From NCBI GenBank assembly GCA_039028615.1, contig JBCCHT010000023.1, positions 128,001-192,000 of the forward strand: a stretch of 64,000 nucleotides of DNA, read 5' to 3'. The notes beneath the pieces were generated by a model. The model made no database searches and was not told where the DNA came from. It saw nothing but the letters and a program-made list of their open reading frames with translations. This document shows positions 9,956-17,547 of the stretch, one piece after another. This DNA is from Myxococcota bacterium. Lineage in GTDB: Bacteria; Myxococcota_A; Polyangia; Nannocystales; Nannocystaceae. The translations under genes and the position numbers were made by a program. Position 1 is the first letter of the stretch. The number at the start of each line of letters is the position of its first letter.

Positions 9956-10584
9956 CAGTGCGCTCCCTCGGACGCGACCACGTCGACGCCCTCATCGAAC
10001 ACGGTGTGCTCGGGCAGGATGGGCGAGGCCAAGGCGATGAACTGTGGCATCACGCCGAGGGTGACGATGGCCAGGACCAGCTTGGGGATGATCCGCGAGC
10101 GACGCTCCTCGCGGGACACGCCCTTGAACGCGCCGTGCAGGAACAGCACGCCCGCCACGGCGACAGAGACGAACGCGGAGCCCATGCCGAGGTAGGGCCC
10201 CGCCCACTCGCTCGTCAGGTAGTAGACCGCGACGATCGGCGCCAAGACGGCCGCACACAGGGTGCCCGCGAACACGCTGCCGGAGAACGACAGCAGCAGC
10301 GAGCGCGTGGACTCCGTGCTGTCGGAGAGGCGATGGGCGAGCACGCCCGCGGGCAGTGCGGCGAGCACGGAGAACAGCACGACCATGGGGACCTTGGCCA
10401 AATTGCCGAGCGCCAGCAGGGGCGCGGTGCTGCCCGCCGCCAGGCCCCACACCGCGGCGAACACGAGCGAGGACAGGGCCGCCCCCGTGATCAGCCGAAC
10501 GCGCCGGGCTGGGCCGAGGTCCTCGGGGACGCGGCCGCGGGAGATGTCGAGGAGCTCGGAGAGCATCTTTGCCGTCTTGTTCAT
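9955..10584 (-). CDS. Hypothetical integral membrane protein (about 5 TM)
   Basis: Multiple hydrophobic helices; ATG 10584 preferred as start. Confidence 0.8.
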   Translation of the reverse strand: MNKTAKMLSELLDISRGRVPEDLGPARRVRLITGAALSSLVFAAVWGLAAGSTAPLLALGNLAKVPMVVLFSVLAALPAGVLAHRLSDSTESTRSLLLSFSGSVFAGTLCAAVLAPIVAVYYLTSEWAGPYLGMGSAFVSVAVAGVLFLHGAFKGVSREERRSRIIPKLVLAIVTLGVMPQFIALASPILPEHTVFDEGVDVVASEGAH

Positions 10585-10651
10585 GGCCCCCAGCAAAGCG
10601 CGGCGAGATGAACCCCCGTCGCGCGTCCTCCGAAAACGCGATGACGAGAGT

Positions 10652-10667
10652 GTGAAAATCGTGTGAA
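10652..10667 (-). promoter_or_regulatory. cre/blr-tag direct repeat (TTCAC-N6-TTCAC), response-regulator binding site
   Basis: The minus strand reads TTCAC-ACGATT-TTCAC, between the kinase stop and the membrane-protein start. Confidence 0.75.
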
Positions 10668-10677
10668 AGGAACCGGC

Positions 10678-11661
10678 TTACGGGAATAGGGCGACCATCG
10701 AGGTGCCCGTGCCCGCCCGTGCCCGCGCCTCGATGGTGCCCCCGTGAGCCTGGACGACCGCCCGGACCATGGCCAGGCCCAGCCCCGTTCCCTTGCCGCT
10801 CGCACGCCGCGTGAAGTAGCGGTCGAATACCCGCTCGCGATCGGGCTCGGCGATGCCGGGGCCGTCGTCGTGCACCACCAGCTGCGTGCCTCCGCCGTGA
10901 CGGACCTCGACCTGCACCCTCGACTCGGCAAAGGAGGCCGCGTTCTCGAGCAGGTTGTCCACCACCGTCTGCAAGCCCGCCTCGACGCCGGGCAGCGAGG
11001 CGGGCTCGGCATCGACCGCGAACTCGACATGAGCGAAGCGCTCGTCCTCGGCGAACCGCTGCGCGCGGGCCTGCACCAGCTCGTCCAGCTTCACCGGAGT
11101 GCGCTCGTCGGCGGCCAGCCCCGCCTCGGCCCGGGCCAGCTCGAGGAACTGGGTCACGAGCACGTTGAGCCGCTGGCTGCTGTCGCCGAGCACCCGAGCG
11201 AGCCGCTTCATTCGCGCCGCATCGGTCGAGCCGGACTCGAGCGCATCCGCGGCGGCTCGGATCGCCGCCACCGGGTTCTTGAACTCGTGCGCGAGGTCGG
11301 CCACGAAGGCCTCCTTTTCTCGCGCGCGCCCCCGCAGCTCGGCGAGCAGGCGATTGAAGGCCCCCGCCAGCTCCCCGAACTCGTCGGCCCGCACCAGCTC
11401 GAGGTCGGCCCCGGGCGACAGCGCCCGCGCTTGCTCGAGGGCCTGGGTCCGCAAGCGCTCGATGGGCCGGATGAGGCGCCAGCCCAGCCACCACCCGACC
11501 AACGCGGCCGAGGGCAGCACGATCGCCGCGAGCTTCCAGAACGTGTAGTGACGGCTGTACAGCGCCAGGGCCAAGCCTGCCACCACGAAGGTGACCGCGA
11601 ACGAGCGCACCCGCAGCGACCTCCACCACCACACGTCGAGTCGGCTCAGCCCTCGGTCCAT
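10678..11661 (-). CDS. HAMP-domain sensor histidine kinase (CreC/ChvG-like)
   Basis: H-box DLAHEFKNP, N-box NLLENA, DDGPGI, GTGLGL; two closely spaced TMs then HAMP. Start ATG 11661 overlaps the regulator's 3' end. Confidence 0.9.
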   Translation of the reverse strand: MDRGLSRLDVWWWRSLRVRSFAVTFVVAGLALALYSRHYTFWKLAAIVLPSAALVGWWLGWRLIRPIERLRTQALEQARALSPGADLELVRADEFGELAGAFNRLLAELRGRAREKEAFVADLAHEFKNPVAAIRAAADALESGSTDAARMKRLARVLGDSSQRLNVLVTQFLELARAEAGLAADERTPVKLDELVQARAQRFAEDERFAHVEFAVDAEPASLPGVEAGLQTVVDNLLENAASFAESRVQVEVRHGGGTQLVVHDDGPGIAEPDRERVFDRYFTRRASGKGTGLGLAMVRAVVQAHGGTIEARARAGTGTSMVALFP

Positions 11662-12335
11662 CGGTACCCGGCCCCCACCACCGTCTCGATGTGCGAAAAG
11701 CCGGGATCGATGCTCTGGAGCTTGCGCCGCAGCCGACGGACGTAGGTGTCCACGATGCGCTCGGCCACCACCGTGTCGCCGCGCAGCCGGTCGAGGATGA
11801 CGCTGCGCGAGAGCACGAAGCCCGGTCGCTCGACCAGCACCTCGAGCAGGCGAAACTCGGTGACGGTGACCACCAGCGGCTGCCCGTCCCACTGCACCTC
11901 GAGTCGCTCGCCGTCGAGGCTGAGCTTGCCGATGCGACGGGGCTCGGGCGTTGAACTCTTGCGCTGGCGCAGCTGCTCGCGTCGCACGAGTGCGGCGACC
12001 CGGGCCAGTAAGATCCGCGTGCTGAAGGGCTTGGTCACGAAGTCGTCGGCCCCGAGCTCCAGGCCCAGCGCCTCGTCAATCTCGCTGTCGCGGGAGGTCA
12101 GCAGCACCAGCGGGACGAGGTTGCCCTCCTGCCGGAGCGTCCGACACAGCGCATAGCCGTCGATGCGCGGCATGTTGACGTCGGACACCACCACGTCGGG
12201 CGCGGCCTCGCGGATGCGGGCCAGGCCTTCGCTGCCGTCCGGGGCCGTGGTGACCGCGTAGCCGGCATCTTCGAATGCGAGGCCGAGCACGTCGAGCAGG
12301 GACGGATCGTCGTCGATGAGCACCACGGCAGGCAC
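11646..12335 (-). CDS. OmpR-family response regulator (CreB/ChvI-like)
   Basis: LIDDD, SDVNMP, KPF receiver motifs; wHTH ending IETVVGAGYRW. Confidence 0.95.
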   Translation of the reverse strand: MPAVVLIDDDPSLLDVLGLAFEDAGYAVTTAPDGSEGLARIREAAPDVVVSDVNMPRIDGYALCRTLRQEGNLVPLVLLTSRDSEIDEALGLELGADDFVTKPFSTRILLARVAALVRREQLRQRKSSTPEPRRIGKLSLDGERLEVQWDGQPLVVTVTEFRLLEVLVERPGFVLSRSVILDRLRGDTVVAERIVDTYVRRLRRKLQSIDPGFSHIETVVGAGYRWTEG

Positions 12336-12360
12336 CCCGATAGCCTACGCCGTGGAGCGC

Positions 12361-13116
12361 CTATTGTCCGCTGGCGCCTTGATCAATCCAGTCGGCGATG
12401 TCGTCGATCGAATTGCTGCTGAGCGGCTCCGCCCCCATGCCGCGGGGCATCCGGCCGCCCATGCCACCGACCGAATTATGCGTGCCGTTGACCTTGTGCC
12501 AAAAGTAGCTGGCTTCGTGGTCGCCCGGCTCGATGAGGTTGAGCGTCGATTGCTGCGAGGCCACCTCGTAGATGGCGAAGTAGGCGTTGCCCGTCAGGTC
12601 GAGCACGGCCCCCTGCCCCCCGGGCTCGTGGCATCCCCCGAGGCAGCTCCCGGCAATGATCCCTTGAATGCGGGAGTACGGGATGAACTCGTCCGGGTCG
12701 CAGACGGCGGGGATCTCCTCGCCCGCCGCGTCGGCCTCGGCCACGAGCTCGTCCAGCCCGGTGACGCATCGGTCGTCGCAGAGGTTGGCCTCGTCCCAAG
12801 TCTCTTGCCAGCACTCGGCGTCGGGACCATAGGTCTGCTCGATGGCCTCGAGTTCGTCCGACTGCAGTGCCGCCGCGCAGGCGACATAGGTGGCACAGGA
12901 CTGGGTCTGGCTCGGGTCCGGCATGCCGCCCGCGGTGGACGGCGGGAAGGGCGACGTGGTGCTGCTCGAGTCGGCGCCCTCGTCGTCCGAGCCCGTGGCC
13001 ATGTCCGACGTACTGCCGAGATCGGCGTCGGTCGTGTCTGTCGACTCCGTGCCTCCGCATGCGAGCGCCAGCACGCCGATGCCGAAGCTCACCCGCCTCA
13101 ATCCCGCCCAGACCAT
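12361..13116 (-). CDS. Lipoprotein with C-terminal cytochrome c-like domain (CX3CH)
   Basis: Lipobox ALAC; CLGGCH; GGRMP...IADWIDQGA typical of class I cytochrome c-like domains. Confidence 0.7.
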   Translation of the reverse strand: MVWAGLRRVSFGIGVLALACGGTESTDTTDADLGSTSDMATGSDDEGADSSSTTSPFPPSTAGGMPDPSQTQSCATYVACAAALQSDELEAIEQTYGPDAECWQETWDEANLCDDRCVTGLDELVAEADAAGEEIPAVCDPDEFIPYSRIQGIIAGSCLGGCHEPGGQGAVLDLTGNAYFAIYEVASQQSTLNLIEPGDHEASYFWHKVNGTHNSVGGMGGRMPRGMGAEPLSSNSIDDIADWIDQGASGQ

Positions 13117-13390
13117 CGCTCGATCGTACGCGAGGACGAGGCCGCTTTCGGCCGGGCAGCGGCGGTGGTGGCGTTACCCAGCGCGATGCCCAAAGGCCCC
13201 AACCGCTCGAGCGATGGGGCCTGCGGCCGACGATTCGCCGCGTGGACTGCGAAAACCGCCGCGGTGCAGCGCATGAAACGGTCGGCTCGGCACAGTGAAC
13301 ATTGCGGATGGACCCTCACCGGCCCGTCACCGCGCGTGAAATTCTGGAGTGGGATGAAGAATCGATCGACCCGGTGGTTACTACCGACAT

Positions 13391-14533
13391 ATGGACGCTA
13401 CGCCCCGGTCGTACTTGGTCGAAGCTTTGCGCTGGGACGCAGCCGGGCACCCCCAGCGCGCGATGCAGCTGTACGCGGCGGCCGTCCACTACCACCCGAA
13501 GGACACGTTGCTGCGCATGCAGCTGGCCGACTGCATGGCCCGGTGTGGTCGCGATTCGCATGCGGCCGCCGAGTACCTCCGCATCGCGATTCACTGTAGC
13601 CAGCAACACCGCGACCACGAGGCGCTGGCTCTGCTGTCCCGGGCGCTCCACCTCGACTCGAGCCACCTGGTCTACGTCGTGCTCGTCGATGTGTTGCGTC
13701 GCGTCGGTCCCGAGGCCCAGAGCCTCTGTGGCTCGGTCGCCAAGGCCCACCTCGCCGCGGGCCGGCTCATCGATGCGTTGTACATGCTGCGGCTGAGTGT
13801 AGAGCTCGGTCCCAGCAACCCCGAGCCCCGTCGTCAGCTCGCAGCGCTGTATCGAATCAAGGGCATGAAGCGCGACGCGGTGGCTCAGCTCGCAGACGCG
13901 GGGCGGCTCTTGCTCGCGGCCGGCAATCGCCGCGAGTACATCGTGGTGGCCGAGCAGCTGCTGGCCCTCGATCCCTACCACCTGGCGACGCATCGCGGGC
14001 TGTGTCACGCGCTGCTGCTCGAGCGTGAGACGCAGCGCGCCGTGGCCCGCCTCGCCCAGCTCATGCGCCTCAACCCCGGCGATGCGATCGGCTACGAGCT
14101 CCTCGGCCACGCCTACGCCGTGCTCGATCGCCGGGTGACCGCCCTGCTCACCCTCGAGCGCTTGGTCGACGAGCTGCGTGCGAGTCACCGCGTCTCGATG
14201 GCCAATGCCGTGCTGATGCGCGCACGCGAGTGGCGGCCCGAGGATCGGCGCTTCACCGCCGCCGTCGAACGCATGCTCGAGCCGTCCTCTCCCTCGATGG
14301 CGGTTCGAGTCGCCCCCTCGGAGAGCACCGTGGCCCTCGATCTGTGCGACGTGGTCGAGCTCGACGCCCACGACGAAACGATGCCCTTGCACATCGACGA
14401 GATCATCGAGATCGACGGGGTCGAGGACTCGGTGGCCGCCGCCGCCGCAAACGAGCCCTCGGTGGTCCATGCTCACCGACCGCTTCGCTTCTCGACCCAG
14501 ATCACGGTGCGATACGTCGCGCAGGCCGGTTAG
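13391..14533 (+). CDS. Tetratricopeptide repeat protein
   Basis: TPR-like helical repeats (ELGPSNPEPRRQLA, ALDPYH, LNPGD); acidic tail. Confidence 0.8.
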   Translation: MDATPRSYLVEALRWDAAGHPQRAMQLYAAAVHYHPKDTLLRMQLADCMARCGRDSHAAAEYLRIAIHCSQQHRDHEALALLSRALHLDSSHLVYVVLVDVLRRVGPEAQSLCGSVAKAHLAAGRLIDALYMLRLSVELGPSNPEPRRQLAALYRIKGMKRDAVAQLADAGRLLLAAGNRREYIVVAEQLLALDPYHLATHRGLCHALLLERETQRAVARLAQLMRLNPGDAIGYELLGHAYAVLDRRVTALLTLERLVDELRASHRVSMANAVLMRAREWRPEDRRFTAAVERMLEPSSPSMAVRVAPSESTVALDLCDVVELDAHDETMPLHIDEIIEIDGVEDSVAAAAANEPSVVHAHRPLRFSTQITVRYVAQAG

Positions 14534-14801
14534 CGCCAGCGTTCGCGGCGGAACACGATGCCCGGGGGCCGAAGCACGACGCGTGCCCACGGGCATGTGC
14601 ATTTAATGTCGACGAACCCTCGCCGACGATTCGTACCGCGACGCCCATGCCCCACCGCGGCGTCGCGACATGAAAGGTCACCCGCCGAGTCGCCCCGACC
14701 TTAAATCGACGAACCGAAGAGTCCGTGCGTCTGGACCCCCCGATGTTTGGTGCAAGGCTGCGAAATCCGAACACCCCCCAACCCAAAGACGCACGGACAT
14801 C

Positions 14802-15770
14802 ATGCAATCACGTCCCCTTCGAGTCCTCATGGCCGGAACGCTGGCCGCGGCCTGTTTCGGTAGCCTCGCCTGCGACCCGCCGGTCTTCACCCCGTTCCCC
14901 GAGGCCGACCTCTACTACACGACCTTCAACTCGGTCCGCATGATCGACACGATGGGGGACGAGCACACCGTCTACGCCCCCAGCGGCGCCGACTTCTTCG
15001 GACTCGAGCTCGAAGGCAACTCGGTCTTCGTGGCCGACAACGCGCTGACCTTTCGCGGTTTTCAGCCCAACGACCAGAACCTGTCGATGAACCCCGACTG
15101 GGACGCGTGCTCGCCCAACGGCGTCACCTGTGACGCGGCGACGGACATCGAGCTGATCCCCGGGCTCGACGACGCGATCGCCTGCGCCGACGAAGCGGTC
15201 GTCTACGTCAACATCCCGGGCGCCTCGAGCTTCGGCGGCGGCACCCGGGCCTCGGTCATCACGCAGGCCGACGACGTCGCGCTGCCCTTCAGCGTCGCCA
15301 TCAACGATGCCCGATATGCCTTCGTCGTCGGCGTGGACGAGATGTCGGTCACCGACCTCAACGACCCCATGTTCAACACCGCGCCCGTGACCGGTCATGG
15401 CCTCACCCTCGGTGGTTTCTCGGTCTTCGACCCCGCGGGCAACTTCTACGTCTGTGATCCGGGCGCGGACGAGATCCGCATGTACACCGCCGCGCAGATC
15501 ACCGACATCATGTTCGACCTCGACAACGGCAACACCATCACCGAGCCCATGGCCGTGCTGTCCACGGGTGGCTTGCTCGCAGGGAGCATGGGTGCCGATG
15601 CCAGCGTGCGCGGCCCGGTCGGCATCGACTTCCGCGGCGGCATGCTGTGGGTGACGGTCGATGTGGGTACGGGCATGGCCGGGCACATCGTGCAGGTCGA
15701 CCCGGCCGACGGGGCGCAGACGATGTGGCGGACGGGCCTCGAAGGTCCGCGAGACATCCACATGGACTGA
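14802..15770 (+). CDS. Lipoprotein, beta-propeller-like (NHL/SMP-30-like)
   Basis: SLAC lipobox; FDPAGNFYVCD, GPVGIDF, GLEGPRDI repeats. ATG 14802 preferred. Confidence 0.75.
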   Translation: MQSRPLRVLMAGTLAAACFGSLACDPPVFTPFPEADLYYTTFNSVRMIDTMGDEHTVYAPSGADFFGLELEGNSVFVADNALTFRGFQPNDQNLSMNPDWDACSPNGVTCDAATDIELIPGLDDAIACADEAVVYVNIPGASSFGGGTRASVITQADDVALPFSVAINDARYAFVVGVDEMSVTDLNDPMFNTAPVTGHGLTLGGFSVFDPAGNFYVCDPGADEIRMYTAAQITDIMFDLDNGNTITEPMAVLSTGGLLAGSMGADASVRGPVGIDFRGGMLWVTVDVGTGMAGHIVQVDPADGAQTMWRTGLEGPRDIHMD

Positions 15771-15828
15771 ATCCGTACCAAAGGCCGATGCCCCGCCGAG
15801 GGCCGTCTGCTACGATCCGGTGGTTTCG

Positions 15829-17337
15829 ATGGTCCCTCGTTCGGTGCCGTTCGCATGTGGCCTGCTCGGCCTCGCGTCGTGCGGACCGAGCGTGAACCCC
15901 CCCAGTGGCGCAAGCTCGGGTTCGGACACGGGCGCATCCCAGAGCGCCGAGTCGACCGGGCTCGAGGATCCCTTTGGCCTCGAGCCCTTCGGCGGCGGCA
16001 GTCGGCTGCTCGCGCGCGTGCTCGAGGTCCCGGGTGGCGCTCGCCGAGTGCAGGCGTTCCACGACCAACAGCTCGGCATCGACTGCCGCATCTTCGACAC
16101 GCCGCAGGGCCTCCACTGTCTGCCCACTACCGAAGACCTGGGCATTGCGAGCGCCGACGGGCCGCTGCTGTTCGCGGACAGCGAGTGCACCATCCCCGCG
16201 CTGAAGGTACCCGCGGGCTACCCCGTTCCGAGCATCACCTCGCTGCGCCCAGGCGATCTGTTGACCACGCCCTTCCCGGGGCGCTGTCCCGGGCTGCCTC
16301 ACCGGGCAACGGTGCATCGGCTCGTCCGCGAGGTCTCGACCGCCTATCGCGGCGAAGACTGCGAGTCCGCCTCGTCTCCCGACGATCGGGTGTACTCCCT
16401 CGAGGAAGTCGACCTGAGCATGTTCGTGGCGGGGCAGCTGGTCGACGCCGACGGCATTCGCCGACTCGTCACCGACGATGGAGCCTGGCACAACGCGTAC
16501 CCGCTCGACGATGCCGGGCAGCCCTGCAACGTGGGGTGGGTCGACGGGGAGACCATGTGCAGCCCGCTACGGATGCCGCTCGCCGGCCTCACCGACATGA
16601 CGTGCCACGAGGGCAGCGCGGGTACCTGTGACGGGCAGCGAGTCGCCAGCTCTGTAGACATCCCCGACTACTGCGACCACGACCCCCCGTTCGCGTTTTC
16701 GTACACGGACGACCCCTGGGCCCATCTGTATTACCCCGTGGTCGGCGTGACGGAGTCCGCCGAGTGCTCGGTCGGCGGCGAATGTGGGCCCGCCGAAGAC
16801 CGCGCCACGTTCAGCGGCCCACCGCTGTTGGTGGGTGAACCGGTGCTCGACCCGGGCTTCCCCGCGGTGGAGGTCTTCGAGCTCGGTGAAGGCCCGGTGG
16901 TGGCCGATTGGATTCGGCGCTTCCCGGGCGATCCACCCAGCGGCTTCGGCATGCCCAGCGAGCTGGACGGGTTCTTCGACACGCGGCTCGGCTCGGACTG
17001 CTACCCCGAGGCGGTCGACGACGAGTGGTGGTGCCTGCACCCTCTGACCGTGTGGGTCGACGAGTGGGTCAACTTCTCGGACTCCAATTGTCAGCACCCC
17101 GTGCACGCCGTGAACCGCAACGTCAGCACCTTGATGCTCACGGGTGAGGCTGCGGTCGAAGGGGCCGGCCTCCACGGCCACTCCTATTGGACGGTCGACA
17201 TCCTCGAGAACGAGACCGTCTACGAGATGTTCTACGGCGAGTGTCGCGTCGACCCGGTCACCCACGGCTCCAGCTTTGCTCGCCCGGTGGCCGAGCTCGC
17301 GATCGAGCCGATCCGCATCACCGAGCATCTCGAGTGA
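15829..17337 (+). CDS. Cys-rich hypothetical lipoprotein with internally repeated domain
   Basis: LASC lipobox; FHDQQLGIDC...FADSEC and FFDTRLGSDC...FSDSNC repeats. Confidence 0.8.
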   Translation: MVPRSVPFACGLLGLASCGPSVNPPSGASSGSDTGASQSAESTGLEDPFGLEPFGGGSRLLARVLEVPGGARRVQAFHDQQLGIDCRIFDTPQGLHCLPTTEDLGIASADGPLLFADSECTIPALKVPAGYPVPSITSLRPGDLLTTPFPGRCPGLPHRATVHRLVREVSTAYRGEDCESASSPDDRVYSLEEVDLSMFVAGQLVDADGIRRLVTDDGAWHNAYPLDDAGQPCNVGWVDGETMCSPLRMPLAGLTDMTCHEGSAGTCDGQRVASSVDIPDYCDHDPPFAFSYTDDPWAHLYYPVVGVTESAECSVGGECGPAEDRATFSGPPLLVGEPVLDPGFPAVEVFELGEGPVVADWIRRFPGDPPSGFGMPSELDGFFDTRLGSDCYPEAVDDEWWCLHPLTVWVDEWVNFSDSNCQHPVHAVNRNVSTLMLTGEAAVEGAGLHGHSYWTVDILENETVYEMFYGECRVDPVTHGSSFARPVAELAIEPIRITEHLE

Positions 17338-17369
17338 TCGAGGTGTGAGTTTTGCGGAATACTCGGTGC

Positions 17370-17397
17370 TTGAATCGGCGGCGAATCCCCGTAGGGT
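17370..17397 (+). promoter_or_regulatory. Putative sigma70-type promoter for the leader-aspS transcript
   Basis: TTGAAT (17370-17375) - 16 nt - TAGGGT (17392-17397), 30 nt before the leader ATG. Confidence 0.45.
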
Positions 17398-17427
17398 CAA
17401 ATTAGGCGACCCCTGAAAGGACCACGC

Positions 17428-17472
17428 ATGGACCACGACGACGACGGTGATGATCGGAGGGGGCGCGCCTAG
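17428..17472 (+). CDS. Asp-rich leader peptide MDHDDDGDDRRGRA
   Basis: ATG GAC CAC GAC GAC GAC GGT GAT GAT CGG AGG GGG CGC GCC TAG, preceded by SD-like GAAAGGA. Six of the first nine codons are Asp, directly upstream of an AspRS gene. Confidence 0.85.
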   Translation: MDHDDDGDDRRGRA

Positions 17473-17547
17473 ATTTCATTTCACGAATCGGCCCCGGGCG
17501 CGTGCCCTCGCGTGCAACGACCGCGGGCCGATCGAAGGAACGAAATC
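17457..17547 (+). promoter_or_regulatory. Putative translational attenuator (RBS-sequestering hairpin and competing stem)
   Basis: Sequestering stems: GATTTC 17472-77/GAAATC 17542-47, TTTC 17479-82/GGAA 17537-40, ATCGGCCC 17487-94/GGGCCGAT 17525-32. Competing stem: 17457-69/17497-509. Confidence 0.75.

Noticed and set aside
17400..17547. T-box riboswitch upstream of aspS
   Set aside because: No AAGGTGGNACC T-box, no stem I and no U-tract terminator; the leader-peptide model fits better.
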